Positions 30,048 to 39,169 of a stretch of DNA of 64,000 nt are shown one piece after another. This stretch comes from an uncultured Prevotella sp. (GTDB lineage: Bacteria; Bacteroidota; Bacteroidia; Bacteroidales; Bacteroidaceae): assembly GCA_900322035.1 (NCBI GenBank), contig ONYL01000007.1, positions 8,812-72,811 of the forward strand. Reading direction: 5' to 3'. A model generated the notes under the pieces. The model did not search any database, was not told the origin of the DNA, and saw nothing but the letters and a program-made list of their open reading frames with translations. Each line of letters begins with the position of its first letter. Position 1 is the stretch's first letter. A program made the translations under genes and the position numbers.

Positions 30048-30275
30048 AGGTCCTTTTTTAGTAATAATAAATAATAAGTACATAACATACGTAACGATTC
30101 CCATTTTCACATTAAGGAAGTGACGTTACGAATTATTAAGTTGGGTCAAAGATATAAAAAAAATGTGATAAAGAAAAGAAAAAACTAAAAAAACAACAAA
30201 AATCTATCTGAACCTACAAGAAAAAACGTAAAAGATAAATTATACTGTTCGTAACATCTGCTCAAAGCCCTCTCT

Positions 30276-30436
30276 GCGTCATCCCGCCGAATCTGAACAA
30301 AGTCAAGATTCAGCCTGGGCGAGTGCACACGAGTTTGTTCCCTCAAGAGGAATGAGAACAGGCATAGACGTTTACCACCTTAAGCTTAAGATAGTAGGAA
30401 AATCATGGTCAGTCTATTGGGGTGGAAGGGTGACAC
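30276..30436 (+). ncRNA. Structured ncRNA, probable 6S-like (Bacteroidales-1-type) RNA
   Basis: Closing stem GCGTCATCCCGCC/GGTGGAAGGGTGACAC, CTGAAC/GTCAG inner pairing, apical GTTTGTTC...GAACAGGC hairpin, then a terminator. The family assignment is from recalled similarity, not a search. Confidence 0.6.
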
Positions 30437-30442
30437 TTGTGC

Positions 30443-30480
30443 AAAAAAAAGTCAAGCTGCCGAAACAACTTGACTTTATA
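30443..30480. terminator. Bidirectional terminator (ncRNA / trxA)
   Basis: AAAGTCAAG...CTTGACTTT with flanking A/T runs. Confidence 0.75.
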
Positions 30481-30504
30481 TTCTTCTCAAAAAAATATTG
30501 AAAA

Positions 30505-30819
30505 TCAGAGCAGGGCCTTGAACTTCTCATCGAAAACATCTTTTGCGGCTGCGCCGACAAACTTGTCGACCAACTGGCCGCCCTTGAAGAAGAGAATGGT
30601 GGGAATGCTGCGCACGCCAAACTCCATAGCGATGTCGTCGTTGTCCTCTATATTGCACTTGCCGACCACTAACTTGCCGTCGTACTCCTTGGCAAGCTCT
30701 GAGATGATGGGACCAATCTTGCGGCAGGGACCACACCATGTGGCCCACAAATCTACTACCAATGGCAATTCACCATTCTTATAGGACTCGAAATTCTCGG
30801 TTGTGATTTCTACTTCCAT
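30505..30819 (-). CDS. trxA: Thioredoxin
   Basis: WATWCGPC and GVRSIPT motifs. Confidence 0.97.
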   Translation of the reverse strand: MEVEITTENFESYKNGELPLVVDLWATWCGPCRKIGPIISELAKEYDGKLVVGKCNIEDNDDIAMEFGVRSIPTILFFKGGQLVDKFVGAAAKDVFDEKFKALL

Positions 30820-30940
30820 GATTTATTCCTTTCTGTTTTGATTATTGATGGTGCAAAAATAAGCAAATAATTCGTTATCAGCAAACTTTTCCTTGATTTA
30901 TTGGCCATGCTCAACCATCGTGTCGCTGTTTCGATAAAAA

Positions 30941-33900
30941 TCAGTTGACCAAATAACTCATGAAGGAATGCCCCTCGATATATTCCACCAACTTGGCCGA
31001 CACGGAGATTTCCCTTGTGCGCGACTGCAAGAGCACGTGGTCGTGCTGGGCATCCATGAGCTCTATGTAGAGTTGGGTCCGGCCATTGGGACAGTCCTTG
31101 GCTATCGTGGCGAGGTCGTTGGCAACCACCTGATCGAGATTCTCGGCATTCATCACAATGGTAAACCGCTCCACTCGCTGCTCCTTGACCGTCTGCAAGT
31201 ATTGGATATCACCAATGGAAAAGTCCACGAAACTGCTGTTGGGATATTTCTGCACACAGCGCGCCGTGACATAGATCGAACTTCCCACGGTAAACATTCC
31301 GCGCCATCGTCCCCACTCCTCGCCGAAGAGGGCGATATCGCCACTGCCTTCATAGTCTTCCATCGTGACGAAGCCACAAGGCTTGCCCGTCTTCGTCACC
31401 GCCGAGCGCACCTTCGTGATGATGCCGCCAAGCTTAATCTCCGCCTTCTTCGCCAGCGCCATCTTGTCGTCAAGCTCCGAGCAGTGGGTGTTGCACATTT
31501 TGTTGAGGATGATCTTGTAGTCGTCGAGCGGATGTGCCGACAGGTAGATGCCCACCAGGTCGCGCTCTTTGTTGAGCCGCTCTATGGTGCTCCACTCTTC
31601 CACCTCTGGAATCGGCGGGTAGGCTATGTCGACAGCCATAGTGGGACCGAAGAAGGTGAACTGGGCTTCCTGCTTCTCCCGCTGGTAGTTCTGTCCGAAA
31701 CGCAACAAGGTGTCGAGAATCTGCACGCCTTTGGCATCCTTGCCAAAGTACTGCTCGCGCTTCAATCCGAAGCAGTCCAGGCCACCGCTTAGGGCGAGGC
31801 TCTCCAAAGCTTTGCGGTTGACATTGGCAAAGTTGGTGCGTTCCACAAAATCATAAATATCCTTATAGGGACCGTTTTTCTGTCGCTCCTCCACGATGCT
31901 CTTGGCGGCGAGCTCACCCATACCCTTGATGGCCTTCAGACCGAAGCGCACTGCACCGCTCTTGTTCACACCGAAGTCCTCATAACTCTCATTGACGTCG
32001 GGGCCAAGGGTGGGGATACCCATCGACTTGCACTCTTCCATGAGCTTCGTGATTTCAGTGATCTGGCTGAAACGCCGCGTCATCAGGGCTGCCATGTATT
32101 CGGCAGGATAGTGGGCCTTAAGATAACCGGTCTGATAGGCCACCCACGAATAGCAGGTGGCATGCGACTTGTTGAAGGCATAAGAAGCGAACTTCTCCCA
32201 GTCGGCCCAAATCTTCTCCAAGATCTTCGGGTCGTGACCGTTGTCGGTGCCCTGCTTGATAAACTTTGGCTTCATCGCGTCGACAATGGCCTTCTTCTTC
32301 TTTCCCATGGCCTTTCGCAAGGCATCACTCTCACCACGGGTGAAGTTGGCCAACAACCGGCTCAGCAACATCACCTGCTCCTGATAGACTGTGATGCCAT
32401 AGGTGTCCTTGAGGTATTTCTCCATGCAAGGAATATCATATTTCACCAGCGAGGGATCATTCTTTCGCTTGATGAATTCGGGGATGTAGTCCATAGGTCC
32501 CGGACGGTAGAGGGCGTTCATGGCTATGAGGTCGCCAAAGACCGTCGGGTGAAGCTCGCGCAGGTATTTCTGCATACCTGGCGACTCAAACTGAAAGGTA
32601 CCGATGGTACGTCCCTCCTGGAAGAGTTTATAGGTGAGTTCGTCGTCGAGCGGGATGTTGTCCAGGTCGATGTCCTCGCCCGTGGTCTGCTTGATGACCT
32701 TCAAGGCCTCCTTCTCCTCCGAGAGGGTTTTCAGTCCGAGAAAGTCCATCTTGATCAATCCGGTCGACTCGATGACGTGTCCGTCGTATTGGGTCACGGC
32801 ACACTTGAGTTCGGGAAAATCCGGGTCGTCGGCTGTCGACACGGGAACCCAGTCGCTGATGGGGTCGCGACAGATGATAAAGCCACAAGCGTGGATGCCT
32901 GTCCCGCGGACGTTGCCTTCCAGCATCTTGGCATATTTGATGGTGTTGCGCTCGCGCGGATCCACTGAGGCCTCGGCCTCGCGCAGTTCGGGCGTGTACT
33001 TGATGGCATTGGTGAGGTTCATCTTCGCCCCGTCGGGCAGACGGTCGGGGATGGCATTGCAGAGGGCATTGGCCTTGTCGAGTGGCAACTTCTCCACACG
33101 GGCCACATCCTTGATGGAGTTCTTCGTGGCCATAGCCTGGTAGGTGATGATGTGGGCACAGTTCTGCTCGCCGTATTTCTCCATCACCCAGCGCAGCACC
33201 TTTCCACGGCCGTCGTCGTCGAAGTCGGTATCGATATCGGGGAGGTTCACACGGTCGGGGTTCAAGAAGCGCTCAAACAGCAGGTCGTATTTCAGCGGAT
33301 CGATTTTCGTGATGCCCAGACAGTAGGCCACCACCGAACCGGCAGCGGATCCACGACCCGGTCCCACCCACACGCCGAGCTCCTTGCGGGCGGCGTTGAT
33401 GAAGTCCTGCACGATAAGGAAGTAGCCGGGGAAGCCCATGGTCTTCATCACGTGGAGCTCAAAGTTGACATGTTCCTTCACGTTGTCGGGCAAAGGGTCA
33501 CCATAGAGCCTTCGCGCCCCGTCGTAGGCAAGCTTGGCCAGATAGTCGGCCTCAAACTTGATGCGGTAGATCTTGTCGTAGCCACCGAGACGGTCGATGA
33601 CGGCCTGCCCCTTCTCGGCATCGAGAGGATGCTCGCCATTCTCGTCGGTAGTAAACTCTTTGTAAAGGTCTTCCTTGGTGAATTTCTTACGCCATTCTTC
33701 TTCCGTGCCGAAGCTTTCGGGTATGGGGAAGAAGGGCATGATGGGACCGTGGTCGATGCTGTAGATCTCCACTTTGTCAAGAATTTCCAGCGTGTTGCTC
33801 AGTGCCTCGGGGATATCCTTGAAGATTTCGTTCATTTCGGCCTTCGTCTTAAACCACTCCTGCTTGCTGTAGCGCATACGGTAGGGGTCGTCGAGATCCT

Positions 33901-34648
33901 TGCCTGTGGCCAGACAGAGCAGGTGGTCGTGGGCCTCGGCGGTCTCCTTGTCCTCAAAGTGGACGTCGTTGGTGCAGATCACCTTGATGCCATACTCCTT
34001 GGCAAACTGCAGCAGCACCTTGTTGGCCTTCTGTTGCAAGGGATAGGCCTCGCGGTTGGCCAGTATGGAGGGATCCTTCACCTCATGGCGTTGCAACTCC
34101 AGATAGTAGTCGTCGCCAAACACACGGTGATACCACTCGCAGGCCTCGCGGGCTCCCTCGATGTCGCCCTTGATGATCTTCGAGGGCACCTCGCCAGCAA
34201 TGCAGGCAGAGCAGACAATAAGGTCCTCATGGTATTTCTCCAAGTCGGCGCGGTCGGTGCGTGGACGGTAGTAGTAGCCGTCTACCCAGGCCCGCGAGAC
34301 CAGTTTGATGAGGTTTTTGTACCCATGATAGTTCTTGGCCAACACGATGAGATGATAGCCGGAGTTGTCGCCGTTCTCCTTCACCTTGTCCTCCTTACGA
34401 TGACGGGCAACGTACATCTCGCAGCCAAAGATGGGCTTGAAGGGCTCCTGTCCGTTTTTCTTTCGGTCTTTGTTGATTTTGGCACAATAGTCCGAAAACT
34501 CCTTGATGCCGTACATCACGCCGTGGTCGGTGATGGCCATACCTCGCATACCGTCGCTGATGGCCTTGTCCACCAAGTGGTTGATGCGCGACTGTCCGTC
34601 GAGAATAGAGAAATGGGTGTGAACGTGTAAGTGAATGAAGTCTTCCAT
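30941..34648 (-). CDS. dnaE: DNA polymerase III alpha subunit
   Basis: PHP HLHVHT..S.LDG, GPGRGSAAGS, PDIDTDF, KMDFLGL and YAFNKSH motifs. Start moved to MEDFIHL. Confidence 0.98.
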   Translation of the reverse strand: MEDFIHLHVHTHFSILDGQSRINHLVDKAISDGMRGMAITDHGVMYGIKEFSDYCAKINKDRKKNGQEPFKPIFGCEMYVARHRKEDKVKENGDNSGYHLIVLAKNYHGYKNLIKLVSRAWVDGYYYRPRTDRADLEKYHEDLIVCSACIAGEVPSKIIKGDIEGAREACEWYHRVFGDDYYLELQRHEVKDPSILANREAYPLQQKANKVLLQFAKEYGIKVICTNDVHFEDKETAEAHDHLLCLATGKDLDDPYRMRYSKQEWFKTKAEMNEIFKDIPEALSNTLEILDKVEIYSIDHGPIMPFFPIPESFGTEEEWRKKFTKEDLYKEFTTDENGEHPLDAEKGQAVIDRLGGYDKIYRIKFEADYLAKLAYDGARRLYGDPLPDNVKEHVNFELHVMKTMGFPGYFLIVQDFINAARKELGVWVGPGRGSAAGSVVAYCLGITKIDPLKYDLLFERFLNPDRVNLPDIDTDFDDDGRGKVLRWVMEKYGEQNCAHIITYQAMATKNSIKDVARVEKLPLDKANALCNAIPDRLPDGAKMNLTNAIKYTPELREAEASVDPRERNTIKYAKMLEGNVRGTGIHACGFIICRDPISDWVPVSTADDPDFPELKCAVTQYDGHVIESTGLIKMDFLGLKTLSEEKEALKVIKQTTGEDIDLDNIPLDDELTYKLFQEGRTIGTFQFESPGMQKYLRELHPTVFGDLIAMNALYRPGPMDYIPEFIKRKNDPSLVKYDIPCMEKYLKDTYGITVYQEQVMLLSRLLANFTRGESDALRKAMGKKKKAIVDAMKPKFIKQGTDNGHDPKILEKIWADWEKFASYAFNKSHATCYSWVAYQTGYLKAHYPAEYMAALMTRRFSQITEITKLMEECKSMGIPTLGPDVNESYEDFGVNKSGAVRFGLKAIKGMGELAAKSIVEERQKNGPYKDIYDFVERTNFANVNRKALESLALSGGLDCFGLKREQYFGKDAKGVQILDTLLRFGQNYQREKQEAQFTFFGPTMAVDIAYPPIPEVEEWSTIERLNKERDLVGIYLSAHPLDDYKIILNKMCNTHCSELDDKMALAKKAEIKLGGIITKVRSAVTKTGKPCGFVTMEDYEGSGDIALFGEEWGRWRGMFTVGSSIYVTARCVQKYPNSSFVDFSIGDIQYLQTVKEQRVERFTIVMNAENLDQVVANDLATIAKDCPNGRTQLYIELMDAQHDHVLLQSRTREISVSAKLVEYIEGHSFMSYLVN

Positions 34649-34703
34649 ATAGCTGCCAAAATTAGCGGAAAAAAACCATATTGCCAAAAAGGGAGAACAA
34701 AAA

Positions 34704-34735
34704 TTTGTAGGACCAACAAAAAAAAGTTACCTTTG
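34704..34735 (+). promoter_or_regulatory. Bacteroidota -33/-7 promoter of psd-pssA
   Basis: TTTG-N20-TACCTTTG. Confidence 0.8.
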
Positions 34736-34766
34736 CACCCGAAAAGTCCGAAGACCAAAAAGCCCA

Positions 34767-35471
34767 ATGGGAAAGAAAATAAGAAAAATAAAGAATATAC
34801 GCATTCACCGTGAGGGAAACAATACACTCACCTATAGCTTTATCCTCATCACCCTTATCGCGGTGGCGTTGTGGTACGGTTTCAATACAAAGTGGCCTTT
34901 TTGGCTGTTTCTCGTCGTTGTGCTGCCCATTTGGAGCATTGTGCTCAACTTCTACCGCTGCCCCGTCCGTTATCTCAATCTTGAAGATACCGAAGGCATC
35001 GTCGTGGCTCCTGCCGACGGCAAGGTCGTAGTGATTGAGGAAGTGGAGGAAAACGAATACTTCCACGACAAGCGGCTGATGATCTCCATCTTCATGAGTC
35101 TCTTCAACGTTCATGCCAACTGGTTTCCTGTAGACGGACGGGTGAAGACCGTACATCATCAGGACGGCAACTACCATAAAGCCTGGCTCCCCAAGGCCAG
35201 CGAGGAGAACGAGCGCGCAGACATCATGATCACCACGCCCAACGGCATCGACGTGTTGTGCCGGCAGATTGCCGGAGCCGTTGCACGTCGCATAGTCACT
35301 TATGCCAAAGAAGGTGAGGAATGCTACATCGACGAGCACTTGGGGTTCATCAAATTAGGTTCACGAGTTGATGTCTTTCTGCCCATCGACTCGGAGGTAT
35401 GCGTAAAATTAGGACAGAAGACTACGGGCGACCTGACGGTGATCGCCAAACTCAAACAGACCGCCAAATAA
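34767..35471 (+). CDS. psd: Phosphatidylserine decarboxylase proenzyme
   Basis: APADGKV, SIFMS..NVH, QIAG.VARRI and IKLGSRVD cleavage motif. Confidence 0.95.
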   Translation: MGKKIRKIKNIRIHREGNNTLTYSFILITLIAVALWYGFNTKWPFWLFLVVVLPIWSIVLNFYRCPVRYLNLEDTEGIVVAPADGKVVVIEEVEENEYFHDKRLMISIFMSLFNVHANWFPVDGRVKTVHHQDGNYHKAWLPKASEENERADIMITTPNGIDVLCRQIAGAVARRIVTYAKEGEECYIDEHLGFIKLGSRVDVFLPIDSEVCVKLGQKTTGDLTVIAKLKQTAK

Positions 35472-35512
35472 GGATTTTCGGATCTCATCCCTATCCATTT
35501 TATTTTGAGACA

Positions 35513-36232
35513 ATGAAGAAACATATTCCCAATATGATCACGTGCTGCAACCTCATTTCGGGTTGCGTTGCCACGACAATGGCCTTCAACGGCAACATCA
35601 AATGGGCCGTGGCCTGGATGATCATCGGTGCCGTGTTCGACTTCTTCGACGGCATGACCGCCCGCCTGCTCCATGTCTCTTCGCCCATTGGCAAAGAGTT
35701 GGATTCACTGGCCGACGACGTGACATTTGGTGTAGCCCCGTCCACGATTCTCTTTTGGCAACTCGGCGTCATCGAATACCCGGGATTTTTGGAGGGCCTG
35801 CGCCCTGTCCTCCCCTACGCCGCCTATGTGATGGCAGCATTCTCCGCCCTGCGATTGGCCAAGTTCAATCTCGACACCCGACAGACCACTTCCTTCATCG
35901 GCCTGCCCACACCTGCCAACGCCCTTTTCTGGGGCTCACTGATTCTCTGCTGCGAGCCATGGATCGAAAGCGGCAATTACGGCGTGATCATCCTGCTCAT
36001 CCTATTGGCCGTCAGCTGTTTCCTGTTGATTTGCGAACTGCCGATGTTCGCCCTGAAATTCAAGCAGTGGGGCTGGAAAGGCAACGAGGTGAAATACGTG
36101 TTCGCAGCAACGTCCCTCGTGCTTCTGCTCATCTTCGGATTCCTTCAGGCCTGGTGGATCATCATAGCCCTCTATCTCATCGTGAGCATCGTGATTTGGA
36201 TGCGGTCGCACAACCACACGCAGCAAGCCTGA
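35513..36232 (+). CDS. pssA: CDP-diacylglycerol--serine O-phosphatidyltransferase
   Basis: DFFDG..AR......GKELDSLAD..TFGVAP and RLAKFN motifs; follows psd. Confidence 0.92.
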   Translation: MKKHIPNMITCCNLISGCVATTMAFNGNIKWAVAWMIIGAVFDFFDGMTARLLHVSSPIGKELDSLADDVTFGVAPSTILFWQLGVIEYPGFLEGLRPVLPYAAYVMAAFSALRLAKFNLDTRQTTSFIGLPTPANALFWGSLILCCEPWIESGNYGVIILLILLAVSCFLLICELPMFALKFKQWGWKGNEVKYVFAATSLVLLLIFGFLQAWWIIIALYLIVSIVIWMRSHNHTQQA

Positions 36233-36277
36233 CCCAGCAGGTAACAAACCGTAGCACAAAGAAATTCAATAGAAGTC

Positions 36278-36583
36278 ATGTTGAAGAGTTTCTTCACCTT
36301 TCTCATCGTCATCGTCCTGACAGTCATTTGCACGACGGTCATACTCGTAGCGCGTATATTCTACCGACTGCATCGCCACGCCAAACAATTCTTCCGCCAG
36401 GCCGGGGACGCCATGAATGGGCAACGCAACACTTCACAGCGCACGCAGCAACACAACTCCCAAGGATCATCCAGCATGTCAGACGGAGAAACCATTATCG
36501 ACCAGCGCGATCCCGAAACCGCCAACCGAAAGATTTTCGAGCGTGGCGAAGGAGAATACGTCGACTTCAAGGAAGAGGAATAA
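36278..36583 (+). CDS. DUF4834-like membrane protein
   Basis: N-terminal TM helix and C-terminal KIF...EGEYVDF.E. Confidence 0.8.
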   Translation: MLKSFFTFLIVIVLTVICTTVILVARIFYRLHRHAKQFFRQAGDAMNGQRNTSQRTQQHNSQGSSSMSDGETIIDQRDPETANRKIFERGEGEYVDFKEEE

Positions 36584-36734
36584 ACGATCATTCACCCCTC
36601 ATAAGCTGCATTTCCACTCACACGAAAATGCAGTTGATGATTCCTAATGCCAACAATCGTTCCTTGAATTTTTTAGCAAACATAGAGCTCCATTGATCTA
36701 AAGATTTTTCATAACTGATTATTTATGGAAAATA

Positions 36735-36766
36735 TTTGTATATCCCAAGATAAATTCGTATTTTTG
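36735..36766 (+). promoter_or_regulatory. Bacteroidota -33/-7 promoter, probably of the polysaccharide locus
   Basis: TTTG-N20-TATTTTTG, ~555 nt upstream of the first CDS. Confidence 0.75.
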
Positions 36767-36774
36767 CAGTGAAT

Positions 36775-36926
36775 AGGGGTTCGTCCCCTTATGGTTTTTC
36801 TGGACTTTCTTCTCTGCGAACTGCAGTTCAAACACGGAGGCGGATGCCAGAACGGGAGTTTCACAATTCTTCTTCCCCCCACACCAAAGGGAGAAGGAGA
36901 GGGAGTTGTGTCGTTCCCTCCGCCTC
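36775..36926 (+). promoter_or_regulatory. Structured leader / candidate ncRNA
   Basis: Hairpin AGGGG-TTCGT-CCCCT, palindrome GAACTGCAGTTC, and a ~90-nt nested stem GAGGCGGA/TCCGCCTC, GAACG/CGTTC, CACAATTCTT/GGGAGTTGTG. Confidence 0.5.
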
Positions 36927-36993
36927 AATAACGTCCAAAAACCATGACAACACCATCAATCCCCACTTCCCAAGCCTTTACACATGGCTTCCG

Positions 36994-37141
36994 CCATGTG
37001 CCGCCCCGCCGGCTTCCATTTGCCGCCCCGCCGGCTTCCATTTGCCGCCCCGCCGGCTTCCATTTGCCGCCCCGCTGGTTGCCATTTGGCAGCCCGCCGG
37101 CTCCCATTTGCCGCCCCGCCGGTTGCCATTTGGCGGCTGCC
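36994..37141. repeat. GC-rich 22-bp tandem repeat GCCGCCCCGCCGGCTTCCATTT x6 plus partial
   Basis: Units start at 37000, 37022, 37044, 37066, 37088 and 37110; the last three are degenerate. Confidence 0.93.
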
Positions 37142-37321
37142 ATCAGCAGCCAATCCCAACAGGATGAATTAATGAATAATTTTTCATTACTCGTCATGTT
37201 TTTCATAAAACAAGAGTACTTTCTTGTAATTTCGTGACCAGCCTTGGTTCCACATATTAACTTGATAGCCATAAGTGATATAGGCAAGAAGGATAATAAA
37301 TTTTAAGAATTTTACAAACGA

Positions 37322-38470
37322 ATGAACAAGAATATCATCACCGTAACATCGCCATTACTCCCTGACCTTGGCGAATTCAATGAATATTTAAAGCAGATAT
37401 GGGCGTCAAAATGGATCACCAACAACGGACAGTTCCATCAACAATTGGAGAAAGGACTGGCCGAATACCTCGGTGTCCCCTATATCAGTCTATTCACCAA
37501 CGGCACCTTACCCCTGATTACAGCTCTCCAAGCTCTTCGTATCACCGGTGAGGTAATCACCACTCCATATAGTTTTGTGGCCACGACCCACGCACTGTGG
37601 TGGAACGGTATTAAGCCCGTATTCGTAGACATCGATCCATCTACAGGCTGCATGGATCCCGAAAAGATAGAGGCAGCCATCACACCGCGCACCACTGCCA
37701 TTATGCCTGTGCATGTCTACGGCAAGCCCTGCGATGTGGACGCTATTCAGGAAATAGCAGACAAATACGGGTTGAAGGTGATCTACGATGCAGCCCATGC
37801 CTTTGGCGTGAAGGTGGACAGTCGGCAGAGCAAGACTCTTTCAAAGAGCGAAGGTGACTACGTCTCTGTGCTCAAAGCCGGCGATCTCAGCACACTGAGC
37901 TTCCATGCCACAAAAGTGTACAACACGGTTGAGGGCGGTGCTATGGTGATGCACGACGCAAAGATGAAGCAACGTATCGACTATCTCAAGAACTTCGGCT
38001 TTGCCAATGAGACCACCGTCGTTGGGCCAGGCATCAACAGCAAAATGGATGAGATCCGCTCGGCCTATGGTCTCGTCAACCTAAAGAATGTGGACAAGGC
38101 CATCGAGGCACGTCATCAAGTGGCCGTTAAATACCGCAAAGCTTTGAAAGAAGTAGAGGGCATCACATACTTTGATGACATGCCCGGTGTAGTGCACAAC
38201 TACAGCTATTTTCCCATCTTCGTCGATGCTGAGAAATATGGCATGAGTCGTGACGAGCTCTATTTTAAAATGCGCGAGCGTAACGTTTGGGGCCGTCGGT
38301 ATTTCTATCCGCTCATCAGCGAATTCTCCACTTATCGCGGACTGGATAGTGCCTCACCAGAGAATCTGCCAAATGCACATAAAATGGCCGACACAGTCAT
38401 CTGTCTACCCATGCATCACCTGCTGAGCGATAATGACCTGCAAAGAGTGATTGATTGCATAAAAAATTAG
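37322..38470 (+). CDS. vioA: DegT/DnrJ/EryC1/StrS aminotransferase (dTDP-4-amino-4,6-dideoxyglucose transaminase-like)
   Basis: WITNNG, TTPYSFVAT, YDAAHAFG, SFHATK..NT.EGG and RRYFYP motifs; followed by a vioB-like gene. Confidence 0.8.
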   Translation: MNKNIITVTSPLLPDLGEFNEYLKQIWASKWITNNGQFHQQLEKGLAEYLGVPYISLFTNGTLPLITALQALRITGEVITTPYSFVATTHALWWNGIKPVFVDIDPSTGCMDPEKIEAAITPRTTAIMPVHVYGKPCDVDAIQEIADKYGLKVIYDAAHAFGVKVDSRQSKTLSKSEGDYVSVLKAGDLSTLSFHATKVYNTVEGGAMVMHDAKMKQRIDYLKNFGFANETTVVGPGINSKMDEIRSAYGLVNLKNVDKAIEARHQVAVKYRKALKEVEGITYFDDMPGVVHNYSYFPIFVDAEKYGMSRDELYFKMRERNVWGRRYFYPLISEFSTYRGLDSASPENLPNAHKMADTVICLPMHHLLSDNDLQRVIDCIKN

Positions 38471-38505
38471 CACCCCTCTCGAAAGGGTTATGTAAAAGGA
38501 TAAAC

Positions 38506-39048
38506 ATGAGTTCGTTTTATTCGCAAGAAGAGTTATCTCACGTGGGATTAAAATCTTACGGTCACAATGTCTTAATAAGCAGAAAATGCAGCATATATGG
38601 AGCTGCCGGCATCACATTAGGGGATAATGTAAGGATTGATGATTTCTGTATTCTGTCAGGGAATATTACTATAGGTTCCAACGTTCATATTTCTGCCTAT
38701 GTAGCTTTATATGGGTCCATGGGTATCACGTTGGAGGACTATACAGGAATTTCACCTCGAAGCACAATTTTTTCTGCCATGGACGACTTCGGCGGAGACT
38801 ATCTGATAGGACCTGTACACGATAGTTCTAAAATTCACGTCACCGGGGGGCGCGTCCTATTGAGACGTTTTTCACAAATTGGAGCCCAATGCGTAGTTTT
38901 TCCCAATCTAACGATAGAAGAGGGAAGTGTTGTAGGTGCCTGCTCACTTGTCAATAAATCATTAGATCCCTGGGGTATTTATTACGGCACGCCGGCTGTA
39001 AGGCACCGCGACAGAAGCCAAGGTGAGAAATCATTAATTGGTAGATAA
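38506..39048 (+). CDS. vioB: Hexapeptide-repeat acyltransferase (VioB-like)
   Basis: FYSQEEL...GLKS.G.NVLISRK.SIYG...I.LGDNVRIDDFCILSG N-terminus and WGIYYGTPA. Confidence 0.75.
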   Translation: MSSFYSQEELSHVGLKSYGHNVLISRKCSIYGAAGITLGDNVRIDDFCILSGNITIGSNVHISAYVALYGSMGITLEDYTGISPRSTIFSAMDDFGGDYLIGPVHDSSKIHVTGGRVLLRRFSQIGAQCVVFPNLTIEEGSVVGACSLVNKSLDPWGIYYGTPAVRHRDRSQGEKSLIGR

Positions 39049-39169
39049 AGCATCCTCCACATTGATTTCAACTCTATAAAAAACGATAAGACCTTAAAGA
39101 TAAAGACCATTTTAGGTCATTAGAATTATCATCTTAATGCCTTCATCTACATTTAAATGATATAAATCC

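Noticed and set aside
30090-30255. Possible invertible promoter for susC (GTTACGAA at 30125 / TTCGTAAC at 30248; CGTAACG...CGTTACG)
   Set aside because: The inverted repeats are only 7-8 bp and no recombinase is nearby; a transcription-factor site or chance is more likely. Read orientation data would settle it.
30968-34630. Several long plus-strand ORFs (274, 285 and 492 aa)
   Set aside because: Antisense shadows of dnaE.
35542-36696. 384-aa alternative-frame ORF
   Set aside because: Overlaps pssA and DUF4834 on the same strand; Arg/Pro/His-rich off-frame composition.
36769-37287. Short ORFs in several frames, and a possible CRISPR array
   Set aside because: The ORFs arise from the GC-rich 22-bp repeat. 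Repeats are contiguous without spacers and no cas genes are present.
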